Assembly: GCF_009914755.1 (NCBI RefSeq)
Contig: NC_060929.1
Length of the DNA: 64,000 bases
From: the human T2T-CHM13v2.0 reference genome, Homo sapiens
Direction: 5' to 3' (one strand)
Shown here: piece after piece, positions 13,244 to 26,127 of the stretch
Numbering within the stretch: the stretch's first letter is position 1
How the letters are laid out: each line of letters opens with the position of its first letter
Notes under the pieces: model-generated
What the model saw: only the letters and a program-made list of their open reading frames with translations
Told to the model about the DNA's origin: nothing
Databases searched by the model: none
Translations under genes and position numbers: made by a program

Positions 13244-14395
13244 TGATATGGTTTAGCTGTATGTCCCCACCCAAATATCATGATGAATTGTAATCCTCAA
13301 TGTTGGGGGAGGGCCCTGGTGGGAGGTGATTGGGTCATGGGGGCAGTTTTCCCCTTGCTGTTCTTATAATAGTGAGTGAGTTCTCATGAGATCTGGTTGT
13401 TTAAAAGTGCTTAGCACTTCTCCCCTTGCTCTCTCTCTCTCTCCTGCTCCACCATGTGAAGTTTGTGCCTGCTTCCTCTTCACCTTCTGCCATTATTGTA
13501 AGTTCCCTGAGGCCTCCCATACAGTCTTTTTTATACAGCCTGTGAAACTGTGAGTCAATTAAAACACTTTTCTTCATAAATTTCTCAGTCTTATGTAGTT
13601 CTTTATAGCAGTGTGAGAATGGACTGATACAGAATTTGGTACTAGAGAAGTGGGGTATTGCTATAAAGATATCTGAAATGTGGACATGACTTTGGAACTG
13701 GGTAATGCGCAGAGATTGGAAAAGCTTGAAGGAATTAAAATAAGACAGGAATATGTGGGAATGTTTGGAACATCCTAGAGACTTGTTGAAGAGTTGTGAT
13801 CGAAATGCTGATAGTGATGTGAACAGTGAAGTCCAGGCTGAGATGTTCTCAGATGAAGATGGGAACTTATTGGGAACTGGAGTAAAGGTCACTCTTGCTA
13901 TGCATTATCAAAGAGACTGGTGGTATTGTGCCCCTGCTCTAGAGATCTGTGAAACTTTGAACTTTAGAGAGATGATTTAGGTTTTCTGGTGGAAGAAATT
14001 TCCAACCAGCGAAGAGTTCAAGATGTGGCCTGGTTGCTTCTAAAAGTCCATGTGCATTTGCATAAACAAATAAATGATGAGGAACTGTAACTTAAACTTA
14101 AAAGGGAAGCAGTGAATTAAAGTTTGGGAAATTTGCAGCCTGACTATGTGGTAGAAAAAAAAAACACCTCATTTTCTGGGGAGAAAATCAAGGCTACAGA
14201 AATTTGCATAAGTAAAGAAGAGCCAGATATTAATCACTAGACAATGCACCCAGGGCATTTCAGAGACCTTCCTGGCAGCCTGTTCCATCACGGGATTGGA
14301 GGCCTATGAGGAAGAAATGGTTTTATGCGTCAGACTCAAGGCCCCAGGTTTAACGTTAATAGTTCTTTCTAGCAGTGTGAGTACAGACTAATACG
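13244..14395 (+). mobile_element. MSTA MaLR element with internal deletion (5' LTR 13244-13631, ~720 bp internal, last ~35 bp of 3' LTR)
   Basis: LTR TGATATGGTTTAGCTG...GGACTGATACA; internal GAATTTGGTACTAGAGAAGTGGGG; terminal GTTCTTTCTAGCAGTGTGAGTACAGACTAATACG; near-TSD CACAT/CACAC. Confidence 0.85.
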
Positions 14396-16344
14396 CACAC
14401 AGTTTGGCATTACTCATTTTAGATAAGCCTTTTTCACAAAGAAGGCTAATTGTAGGAATCTCAGTTTTTAGAGGAAGCACATAAAAGAGAGATTATAGAT
14501 AGATTGAAAGGATGCCCCTAATTCTGTTTACTCATTTTAGGAAGTTCTTTGGTATACGGTGGCAAGAAAAGTATCACCTATAAAACAGATAAGTGGCACA
14601 GGTTATCTGCACATTTTGTACAGTCAAGTAAAAATTTAGAAATTTAGAAACTCAAATGAGCTTTTCTTGACTTGAATGGATAAGACATTAAAAATGATTA
14701 CTTTTAAAAAATACTCAGCCAAAACCTAGACTAGATTTTCATGTATTATTTCCTCATGAGCATGAAGATGAAAATTGGAATTGAGCCAATTTCAACATTA
14801 AGTTTACATGTACTAAGACAGAAACAAGCTTATTCTGACTATTTAAATATGATAATAATACTAAAATGTCTGAGTTAAAGCTATCCTTCCAAATCAATAT
14901 TGACAGACAGTGAGAGATTTGAGAAAGGTCAATATAAATTGTTGAACAATTGCAAGACTTAACTCTTAGGGGAATAACTATTACACTGCTGAGGAGGATG
15001 TATTTCACAAATGCAAACTTCATAAAAAAGAAATAAATAGGTAAATAAGATGAGAATAAATAATCTAACATTTAATTCACAAGTATTTAACCATCCATTT
15101 AACTACAAACAAACTAGTGAATAAAGTAGTAATATGTGTACTAATTCGAATTTGACAGATGCTTTCACATTTTAAAAACTCCAAGTAATTTTCCTTAAGT
15201 ATTCTGGACTGTAACAGTGGATTTCCTGTTAAAAATGTAAGATATTTCTGATTCAGAGCACATCTCATTACTCACCTGCTATTATTCCCATGTAGTTAGC
15301 CTGTTAATAAAAACAACAACTGGTACATATCATTTGGATATTAGGACATATAATTTTTTATCTGTTAAGAGTTTATTATATCAATTCAAAAGTCTTTGGC
15401 CTTTAAATTAACTGAGAGCACATATTGGAACATTTGAAAATGTCTTCTTTTACAAAATTTATTTGTGAGACAATATTATACAACCTAGTTCCATTTAGAG
15501 TCTTATTGTAATGTATTTAGGTACCAATAATAGTATACTGAGACTTATCTTTTGAAGAATCATAACGTTTTCTTAACATTCCTTATGAATCTTCAAGTAT
15601 GAGAAATTAGTTTTTATAATTTCAGTAAAATTTAGGAGCAATATGTTATATAGAATAACATTCAGATTAAAATAACTCAACTATCACTGTTTAGATAATG
15701 TATGAATATACAAAGAATATACAGTTATAAAGGATAGCTAGACCCAAGAATTCTACAGCTTTAGGTAAAAGAAAGATTATAACTATTATGGTAAGATTTT
15801 ATAATTATTGGGGTAAGATTTTCTCGTATAATAAATACAAGTCCATTTTTATTTTTTCCAAGGATAACTACAAAGAACATAAGTTGCCAAAATTACATTC
15901 CACAAAGAAACTTACATTTTATACCTGAGATATAACAGTTTTAAAATGCAATTATCACCCAAGTAGGCTGCAAACAATTTGAAAATGAATTTGTGAATTC
16001 CACCATCAATTTTGAGGCTACTGAATTCAGAGTTTACCACATACTTGCTAACTTTATTGAAGGGTTGAATCATTGTCCAGAAACAACTAATAATTACATT
16101 ATGTATTACCTGACTTGTATAAACTTGCAAATATTCAGGGTCAAATAAATTAGGATAAGCATATAGTTATTTTTGTTATATATATTTTTGTTATGAATGA
16201 CATCTGTATTAACATTTTCATCTAAATGGTTCTGTGTATACATGTTTTTGCTTCTCTTGGGTAAATACTTAAAAGTTAAATATCTATTTCTTGGTTACAT
16301 GTGAGAACCAGCTACTTAATATTCCCTTGGGGTGTGTGTGTGTA

Positions 16345-16735
16345 AAATATTTCCTATATACATATATAATAATAAAATGGCTCACATGATTATGGATGCT
16401 GACAAATACAAAATCTACATAGCTCATGTCTCAGTTTGAGTCTGAAGGGTGGCAAGCTGCTACAGAACCAGGAAGAGCTCTGTTACAGTTCTCAGCTCTC
16501 AGGCAGAATTCTCTCTTACTTGGGGCAGGGTCAGCCTTTTGTTTAATCAGGACTTCAACCAATTAGATGAGGCCTACTCACCTCATGATGGGCAATAAGC
16601 TTTATTTAGTTTATTGTTGTAAATATTAATATCATCTGAAAACACTCTGTCACAGAAACATTCAGAATAATGTTTGGTCAAATATCTGGGAACTCCATGG
16701 TCCAAGCAAGTTGATACATAAAATTAACGACCATA
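16345..16735 (-). mobile_element. MLT2B-type LTR (ERVL)
   Basis: TGGCTCACATGATTATGGA...CAGAAACATTCAGAATAATGTTTG...AAGTTGATACATAAAATTAAC, the reverse complement of the MLT2 5' end. Confidence 0.75.
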
Positions 16736-17040
16736 AATGTTATCTTCATTCCTTCTACACAGGTCTCAAATAGTGAAGCCCAAAGAAGAATGATAAACAC
16801 AGGGGATGACTTCCATTTGAAACTTAGAAAATTTCTTTGAAATAATTGTATAGTTCCTTTTTTCAGAAAATGCCAAGGATATTCTGATCCCATAAAGCTC
16901 ATAACTTCTTAAAAACTTTGAAAGCAATACATATTTTGGTTACTGCATTTTATATAATTAAAGAAATTGAGAAAAACCAAGACATTAACTCTGTAGATTT
17001 TGGACTTGTCTCCATAATCTTGTGGGCCATTCTTAAATTT

Positions 17041-17044
17041 TATA

Positions 17045-17081
<37 letters not shown>

Positions 17082-17132
17082 AAAATATTTTATACACATG
17101 CACATACATGCACATGCACACACACACACACA
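17041..17132. repeat. (TG)n and (CA)n microsatellites facing each other
   Basis: (TG)~13 at 17050-17077; (CA)n/CACATG at 17094-17132. Confidence 0.9.
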
Positions 17133-17672
17133 CCACAAGCGAATATTAAGTGACTGGTTCTCAAATGTAATCAAGAAATAGCTATTTGACTTTTAAGTAT
17201 TTACCCAAGAGAAACCAAAACATATATACATAGAACCATTTACATGACACTATCTTGGGTTGTACAAGAACTACAGACATTTTTGTTTTTTCCAGTTTCT
17301 GTTATTAATGACATTTCTATGAACATTTTCATCTAAATGTTTCTATGTACATATGTTTTTGTTTCTCTTGGGTAAATACATAAAAGTCAAGTGGCTATTT
17401 CTTGATTGCATGTGAGAATCAGTCATTTAATGTTCCCATGGGGTTGTTGGTATTTATTTTAGAATTTTAGATGAGTGCATATTGATATCTTACTATGGTT
17501 TAAATATCATATACTTAATGATTGATAATGTTGAAAAATGTCTTCACTTTTTTATTGGCCATTTGAATACTTTCCTTTATGAAGTATCAGTTTAAGGGTT
17601 TTTCCCCCTATTTTTTAACCAGGTAGATCATCTTTTATTGTTTAAATATATGAGCCACTTATATATTCTGGT

Positions 17673-17814
17673 CTGCACCCACTGTCCAACGAGTCCCAGT
17701 GAGATGAACCAGGTACCTCAGTTGGAAATGCAGAAATCACCCATCTTCTGTGTTGATCATGCTGGGAGCTGCAGACCGGAGCTGTTCCTATTCAGCCATC
17801 CTGGAACGCCCACC
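17673..17814 (-). mobile_element. Isolated first ~140 bp of a primate L1PA 5'UTR
   Basis: Reverse complement reads GGTGGGCGTTCCAGGATGGCTGAATAGGAACAGCTCCGGTCTGCAGCTCCCAGC...TTTCTGCATTTCCAACTGAGGTACC, the canonical L1PA 5' terminus. Confidence 0.9.
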
Positions 17815-18929
17815 ATTTGCTCTATTTTTTTATATTTAAAGTCCATCTTTTATAAGTAAAATGTTATTTGATCTTTAAAAATTTATTTTGAAAATGTTTT
17901 AATTTTGTTAGAGAATACAGTCCATTTATATTTATGTAAATATGATTTTGTAAAAATGCTTCCTTTTGCTAACTGCTTTCTATAATTTCTTTTTAAATAC
18001 CTCCTTTCATTTTATCTTACTCAATTTTATCCTTCCTATTAGCTTTTAAGCTGTACTTCTTTTAACTTTTTACTGTTTAGTGTAAAGTTACATCATGCAT
18101 GTTTACCTTATCCCAGTTACAATTATGCCACTTCACACAGAATGAGATACTACTCATTATAGAATAAGTAGATGAGTAGATGAATAGAATGAGTGGATTC
18201 TACTAAGTGCTTCCAGCATTGGAACAATGCTCTCCCCTAGCATAGCCACACACAGTATGTGAATATGTAAATTTAGTTTTCAATGATCAGTAATCCTTCA
18301 GAAGCTTTCAGTAGTGTTTGTATCTTTGTTTGTAAACAGTGTTCACTTGATTATAGTCATACATAATGTCTCAAAGGGGATCAGTCTGTAGGTATCTGCA
18401 AATATTATTGAATCACTCTGGCCATAGTTCCCTCCAGTATTGCATTATTTAAAAGAAAGTTTCAAATGTATGCTGTATTCCTTTCTTCCTTTTGTGTCTG
18501 TGGTGTGAAAATATGACACATATAGGGGCTCAGGATCTGAATGAAAAAAAGTCTAAATTTGAGGCAAAAGCTCCTGAAATTTTTACTGTATTGAGAATTT
18601 TGAAGAGTTGAGATGATATGTCAAAGGAACAAAATTTTGCTGATGGCTTCATAATAAAATTAACTTTAAACCTCTCTGCTTTTGAAAATACATCATATTT
18701 TGATTTTGGTTTTAATTTTCTGTTAGAACGTAACTATCAATTCTGTTGATAATAAAATATAATCAAAGAAGCCAAATAAAGAAAATAATTTGAATTGTTA
18801 TTAATCATAGCAGATAATATAAAATTAATTTATAGTTCTATACAGCATGTAGACAAATACAGTTGAATTGTTTTTCCCCTCTACTAACTATGTTCTGTGA
18901 AAGGAAATCACTTTTTGCAGTGCATACTT

Positions 18930-20890
18930 AAGACGTGGAGAGTTATTTGGCACTTTTTAAATGGAAGAATGTCTACATAAGTTATTTAGAATTCTGAACA
19001 AAAAAAATTGTCCACTTGCCCTATTTGTTCATTCAATCACTTATTTATGTATTAGTAAAGATTCATAGATAATTATTTTATATTTTAGGTTACAGTTTGA
19101 TACTACTTTATTTATTTGGTTGTGCAAATCTGGAATTGTTCTACCTTTGACCATTGGAGGCTCTTTCATTTGGTTCACGTGTTTCTTCGACAAACCTCAT
19201 CAACTTTTGTTTTTTATTACTTCCTTACATTCTGACATTATAGAATGCTCCAACATTATCTTGTATATTCTCTACCCAGTTGTAGAATCAACTATTTCTC
19301 ACGGTTCTCATTCCCTTTTTAGAAGAATGGTATTAGAAACCAAGATGTGGGTGCTAGCTATGCTCATTACTTCTGTGGTGTCATTTTTGCCAAACATTCT
19401 TCGCTGAAAGAAGAGGAAAATATATGTGCATATATTAACCTGCATACATATATACATATCTATAAACATTTTTATATGTGTCCATTTGTCCACATATTAT
19501 TAAGAATGAGGTTATACTGATGCCTTTAGCTCTAATCCATTACCACATAAAACTATGTAGCTTTCTTTCCATGATTTATCCCAGTCTGAGAGTGAGAAAC
19601 GCTACTTTAACCTCTGCCACCCATTTATGTGTTTCATTTCAGTGCATATGTATAATGTTTTCTGAATTATTAGTCTGTATTCCCATGATGGAGGGGAGGA
19701 AATTCCACCAAATAAAGGGCTTATATACAATTTCTTTTGTCTTAGGTCTTATAGACTTCAATCCCTTCCAAAGTTACTTGGGCCAGAATTTTCAACCCCC
19801 ACACCCCATCCTAAGAACATTTCATGATGTTATTTGGTACACACTTTAAGGCAATTATTTTTTCATAGTCTGCATTCTGTCATGGAATTCCTCCACCTCT
19901 AAATATCTATTTTTTGAGATTGCAGGCATTAATGTTCACTCTGTGCTATAAAGTTTTACAGGTTTTGACAAGTTCATAGTCTTATGTATCCACCATTACT
20001 GTAGCATACAGAATAAATTCAACACCTCTGTCCCATCCCGCAAATCCTAGGGACTTCACCTAGTCCGTACATTACCACCCCCCACAAACCTCTGGCAATC
20101 ATTGATTTTTTTATGAATTCTATAATTCTGGCATTCCCAGAATATTCTCTAAGTGGAATCATATGGCATTAGGTTTTCCAGCCTGTCTTCTTTATTTCCT
20201 TTTTTAAAATTATTATTATATTTTTCAGACAGCGTTTCACTCAGTCACCCAGGCTGGAGTGTAGCTATGCAGTCACTGTTCACTGCAGCCTTTACTTCCT
20301 CAGCTCAAGCTATCCTCCCCCACTCAGCCTCTCCAGTAGCTGGGACTAAAGGCCTGTGCCATCAAACCTGGCTAATTTTTGTAATATTTTTGGAGAGATG
20401 AGGTTTTGCTATGTTGCCCAGAGTCGTCTTGAGCTCCTGGGTCCATCTGCCTCTGCCTCCCAAAGTGCTGGGCTTATAGGCATGAGTCACTGCGCATACC
20501 TTGGCCTCTTTCATTTAGCAATATGTATACATGATTCTTCCAGATTTTTACCTAATTTGATAACATCTCTTTTTATTGCTAAGTAGTTGTCCAATGTATG
20601 AATGTACCATAGTTTATTTATCCTTTCATCTATTGAAAGATATTTTGTTTCTCTCCAAGTTTTGGATTATGACTTAATATTCTATACATATCCATGTGCA
20701 GGTTTTTGTGTTGCCATGTTTTTCAAATTAATTTGGTAGAATCTAAAGTCACGAGTGCTGTATTTTATGTTAAGACTATATTTAGTTTTGTAGAAACTGA
20801 CAAATTGTCTTGCAAAGTGGTTTTACCATCTTGCATTTTTCACCAGCCATGAATAAAAGTTTCTGTTTCTCCAAATCCTCACCAATGACT
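18930..20890 (-). mobile_element. L1MC-type 3' region, interrupted by AluJ
   Basis: Typical L1MC 3'UTR motifs (TGACCATTGGAGGCTCTTTCA; GTATTAGAAACCAAGATGTGGGTGCTAG; GAAACTGACAAATTGTCTTGCAAAGTGG). Confidence 0.7.
20195..20506 (-). mobile_element. AluJ
   Basis: CACTGCAGCCT...GCTCAAGCTATCCTCC; TTTTGCTATGTTGCCCAG; ends GGCC; high divergence. Confidence 0.9.
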
Positions 20891-21187
20891 GAGTAATAAT
20901 TGCAAAGAATTTTCATATCTTCCTTGTACATCAGACCCCAGGGCCATGCAAAATAATAATGTTTCATTCTGGAGTAGAACTGGGGATTCAAGGTAAGTGT
21001 GAAATTTAAGATTTAAGATTTTAATTGCAGGTATTGCTCAGTCACTGGTAAGAATGTAAAGCAACAGGAAATTTTAAGCATGGCTAGTGAAAATGCAAAA
21101 TGGTAAAGCCACTTTGTAAGACAATTTGGCAGTTTCTACAAAGCTAAACATAGGTTACTATATGATTCAGCATTCGTGATCTTAGAT
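20741..21187. repeat. Inverted repeat, ~165-bp arms (20741-20905 / 21025-21187), ~120-bp spacer
   Basis: The reverse complement of the right arm aligns end to end with the left arm (TTTGTAGAAACTG.CAAATTGTCTT.CAAAGTGG; GACTGAG.AATA..TGCAA). Confidence 0.85.
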
Positions 21188-21644
21188 CCTTACATATGTG
21201 TGTGTGTCTGTATGTATACACACAAACACATTGAGACATGCAAAGAGAAGTTTTGAAATATTTTGAGAAATATTAAGAATTTTGAATATAGCCTATATAT
21301 ATGTTTGTATGTGTATACATCTATCTATGTATAAATATATATATACATATTTCTAAAAACAGATATCTGTCTATCCATCAGAAGGGGATTATTCTGTTCT
21401 GCTGTTTTTCATATAAAAATGATTATTATTTTTCATTATGACATATAGCTATTTTGTTTAAAAAATACCTGTGTCTTTAAAATTGGTTTGTCATAACCTC
21501 CAATAATTTTTTCTGACCTATGCTGTACAATATGAGATATATTTCATATCTGTCAAAGACCTTAGAAATCTAATAGCATTTCAACTTTCACAATATTTAA
21601 AATTTTACTCATAATATTTATTCAGTATTCTTTATGTGCATGTC

Positions 21645-21890
21645 TATATATGAATTTTATATATAATTCTATAACTAAATATAATATTATAGAATAAATA
21701 TATAAATTATATATAATTCTAACATATATAATAGAATAAATATATAAATTATATATATTCCATATATTCTATTCTAGTATAGAATATAATATATAATATA
21801 TATAATATATAGACTATAGAATCTATAGAATATTTATATATTCTCTCTATATATTCTATTATGTAAATTCTATAATATAAAATATTATAA
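21645..21890. repeat. AT-rich (TATAA/TA)n low-complexity tract
   Basis: Almost pure A/T, with repeated TAGAATAAATATATAAATTATATA. Confidence 0.9.
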
Positions 21891-22139
21891 GACTTTTAGA
21901 TTTATAAGGTTTAACTGCATGGCATTTTGGGTATTATTTTGCATAAGAATATATATTTATAATAACATAGGGAAATCAAATAGTTAAAGGAAATCCTAAA
22001 GTTGTAAACTTTGTGTTTAGTCAGTTGCTAGAAGTCCTTAAGACAATTAAGCAATGTAGAAATCACTGTGCATTACCTTCTTCTTCAAATCGGACAGATC
22101 CCCAATTTGAGCCACCTCTGAATTAAGGTGTGGTTAAAT

Positions 22140-22290
22140 CTGAGAATGAGTGTGTGAGTGTGTGTGAGAGAGTGTCTGTGTGTATACGTTGTGTACATAT
22201 ACACACAAACACACAGTTTGTGTACATATATATAAACATATATGTACATATATATGTAATATATATGCTTGTGTACATGTATATGTAACT
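22140..22290. repeat. (TG)n/(TA)n compound simple repeat
   Basis: Direct inspection. Confidence 0.8.
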
Positions 22291-22959
22291 ATTTCTTATA
22301 AAATGCTATTGAAAATGAGCAATAATTGATTTGAGCAATTTTTTTTATAACTTAATGTAGCCTTACATAATCTCTATGCTAAGTTTGATATTTCACAGTC
22401 AAAATCAAATGTACAAAATTAAAGAGCAAAACAAATAGCAATTACATAAGAAATGACTTAGCAGCTGTCAGCTTATGCAAGAAATGGCAGTGCACCAATT
22501 ACCTTGGCATCCATGAAGCTGTTACTATGGCTGTTGTTGCCTCTGTCTCTGCTGAGGTTAACAGCAATCATAAGACACTTTTTTGGTTCATTTACTCAGG
22601 CTGTTGATTAACACAGATTCAATGCCAGGACAGTGTTACAATCAACTGAACTGCCATCTAGACTTAACATTATCAAGGATGCACTTCTGCTAGTATTCGT
22701 TTCAAAGTATCATTTAGAAAACTATATACTACTTCAAGGTAATTAATTGTAAGACATGAGTGTGTGTGTGCGTGTGTGTTTGTGTATGTGTTTACATGTG
22801 GTTTTCATAGCAGTAGGCAGTGCTACATTTAGTGTTAAGAGTCTCAAAGATTTTACTACCTGTCACCAAAGCCATATGCTCATTGGTGTCGTTATTCTAT
22901 GAATGCGTTAGGAAATATTGCATAAACACTGCATACATTTACATAAAATTGTCAGTTTT

Positions 22960-23130
22960 AAAAGCCTATTCATATCCACTATTTTGCTTGATAATTACTG
23001 CAATACAATCCAGTGAAAACAGCATGGTAGACACTATTATAACAGTTTTAAAGGTGAGAAATTGAGGCTCTAGAGGGTAAGTGATTGTCCAGTGTGATGA
23101 TAGGATTAGGCACGAGTTGCCAAATATGCA
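22960..23130 (-). mobile_element. MIR relic
   Basis: ACTATTAT...TTTTAAAGGTGAGAAATTGAGGCTCTAGAGGGTAAGTGATTGTCC. Confidence 0.6.
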
Positions 23131-23699
23131 TGTCCATGGTAGGACTTTTTTTTCTTATTGTTTTTCTCCATAGAACCAGGCAAACATTATCTTCCAGGCT
23201 TGTGAAGCCATATTCCTTATAACATACCAAGAGAGGATATTGAAACATTTTATTTTCACCATGATTATTGCATTTTGGATAGGTAGCACTAATATTAAAA
23301 TTCAGGAAATTATAATAATCTTTAGGTCATATACTGGTTTCCCAGGGATATAAACTGCACCTCACATTTGAGCACTATTAATTACTTTGCCTAAAATAAA
23401 TATCATAGCTATTTAGTGGATTCTTTTCAGAGAATAAAGTATATTTTTAATAGTTCATTTTGATCTCCATAGCTGGTTTCACGGCTTTTTTGGTAGTTCT
23501 TTATCTCCCAGACATCATTTTTATAATTAAACTTCTTTTCAAATGTTGCCACTATCATGTTTCATCAAAAACCTGGGAGGACAGATGAAATTATACCTCT
23601 GAATTTGAGGATGTCCTGAGTAGTCAAAGAATAGTGATCATTGATGATAAAAAATGAATAACTCATGAACTATAAGTTCATTAAAAATGAAATTCATTA

Positions 23700-24150
23700 T
23701 CTTGCACATGAGCACATAAAGACACATCCATAGTTATTCATCACAGGTTTATCATTACAACACAAAACAGGAAACTGAAATGTCATTCTTGAAGAAAGAA
23801 ATAAACACATACCTGTGCTTATCAACATTTGCAATCCTGAAATCATAGTGTTGAATAAATACAGCATGCTTGATAGTCTCACATACAGAAGACAATTATA
23901 GAACTGACAATTTCAAAACTAATGTTTGAATGGAACATAAGTTAGTATTAAGGTATAAAACCAAAGACAATAATTTCATGACAGTAGTTGCCTCAGGGGT
24001 GGAAGAAAGAGAGGAGAAAACACTGGGGACTTCAATTTTCATCTGCCTTTGTGTCTTGAATAAACATTTAAGGACATAATCATGGTCATTATTATGTTCT
24101 TCAATTCTGGGTGCTTGATACATAAGCATTTATTTTGTTTAGTCATGTAG
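23700..24150 (+). mobile_element. Old L1ME 3' fragment
   Basis: GGAAACTGAAATGTC...ATAGTGTTGAATAAA...GTAGTTGCCTCAGGGG...CTGGGTGCTTGATACATAAG. Confidence 0.5.
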
Positions 24151-26084
24151 TTTTTTAAAAGTAATATTTAGATCACATTTCTAGGAAATTTTCTTCCTAC
24201 ATTCTTCCTAATCATGTATGATGATAAATTTAAATTTTCCCAATTTTTAATGTAGGATTTTTTTCTGGAAATTTATTTATAAAAAGAAATTTATTTATAA
24301 AATAAATATTTTTTTCTTATAAATTAGTGAATCACTGTGATCTTCATAAAAATCATGTTCCTTAGTGTTATTTAATCCTACATCAGGTTGGCATCTTTAG
24401 AGGACTTCAGAACTGTTTAGGCGATGTGATATAAAATTAAGCTCACTGAAAGACTACTATAACTTAAGTGATGTGTATTAAATCAATCCTTTCTATTACT
24501 GAGCATATTGGTAAAGGTGTTTTTGGGATTAAATCTGCCTTCCACAAATTTTATTTAAATAAATAGAATTACCATTCAACTTATTTTATGAAAGTATTTA
24601 AAAGTATATTAAAATATTTTAAGATACACATATTATTTGCCTATAAAATAATAAAATCAATTGAACTTTTAAAATCATTCATATATGTCATACTTAAGCA
24701 ACAAATTAGTTTATTTGTCAAATAACTTGTGTTAGAGAGATGACTTTTAGTATTGAAGCATTAAATGTGGCAACAAATTATTCTTATTCAAATATCTAGT
24801 AATAAAATGTCTGAATTTATCAAATCCTACATGTATAAAGGCTGCTTGAATCAGGTAGCATTGTGAACTTGTGTCAAGCCAGTGGAGAACTATAGAGCCT
24901 GATGTGGCTGGACTGTAACAGTGAAAGGTATTTGATCTGTGAGATTACAAAGGGACTTTCAAGACCAGAGAGACAGCAGAAAAGAAATAGGTACTCCTGT
25001 TATGGAAGAAGAAACTGTACCTGTCAGGGATTTAGCACAAAGACTGGGTGGTGCTGAGTAGGCTGCAGAGGTCAAGACAGGGCAGGCAGTACCTACTCTC
25101 ATTGCTCACCATGTGTGAGTTCAGGCAACATAAAAAACATTGGTAAGGGGATTACTTGAATGAAAGCAAAAATATATTTTTACTGGTCATTTGGGTTTAT
25201 ATTATTTGAAATAGTGTAATGGTAGGATTTTTCAAGTTTTATAAGAAAAATAGGACCATTACTATATCATATTATCTTCATAAAAGATATGACATATTTA
25301 AAATCATATAATTAGGGTAAAACATTATAATACACAAATTGGGTGTTTGAATTACCAATGTAAAGCAAATCTTTGAGTATATGGATAGTACTAGTGAACA
25401 GGATGAGTCAAAGATTAAAATCTGTATTTGTATACATGTATTTTACCTTATTGGCACAGATGAATCCAGCAATAAGAACATCTGCGCTTGGAACAACTTA
25501 GGCTTCAGATTCAGATATCAGCAAACGAAAGAATAAAAATATGAATTATAAGTACTCTATTTAAATATTCCTCCATCTGGAAATAATCCAATGCCATGAA
25601 AATAAGATTATTTCTTCTTTGCTGATAAGATCCATCTTTGGTTCTGCTTACACACATGCAAAATAAAGTGAAAATTTGAAGTAATTATTTGATAATTTAT
25701 GCCACCAAATATTTTTGCTTAAATAGAATGAATATGAGGATAGCTGGACCAATTTTCCATTTCACTGTCATTGTTTTTAGATGATACAGAAACACATTAC
25801 TATGGAAAATAAATTGGCAATCTCATGCTGATTTTAAATACATATTTTGGAGACTTTTTATCCTTTTTTTGAAATTCAAGTATTAGCTTGTAAAATATCT
25901 AGGGAATTTATTTGTTCTTTGGGTATTTAGACATTCTGTTTTATTTTGCGTAATGGAGAGATCATCAAAGAACCTGAAGTAGGTGTTATAACTTTATTTG
26001 TTATATTAAAAAAATCAAACAATATATTTAGCTTGAGAAACCAATTGCAAAACTGTCTAGGAGGAATTAGCTTCCATTAACGTG

Positions 26085-26127
26085 AAATAGTTTATGAAAT
26101 TCTTTGAAAGAATTTCATAAACTATTT
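26085..26127. repeat. Perfect palindrome, 21-bp arms with 1-nt spacer
   Basis: AAATAGTTTATGAAATTCTTT-G-AAAGAATTTCATAAACTATTT. Confidence 0.95.

Larger units (their letters stand above)
16189..17443. repeat. Local triplication: copy A 16189-16430 (+), inverted copy B 16981-17247, copy C 17300-17443 (+)
   Basis: Shared core TCTCTTGGGTAAATAC(T/A)TAAAAGT(T/C)AA...TGAGAA(C/T)CAG; B read as reverse complement matches A across the MLT2 junction. Confidence 0.85.

Noticed and set aside
13401-13980. 163-aa and 75-aa ORFs
   Set aside because: Read-through of MSTA LTR and internal sequence.
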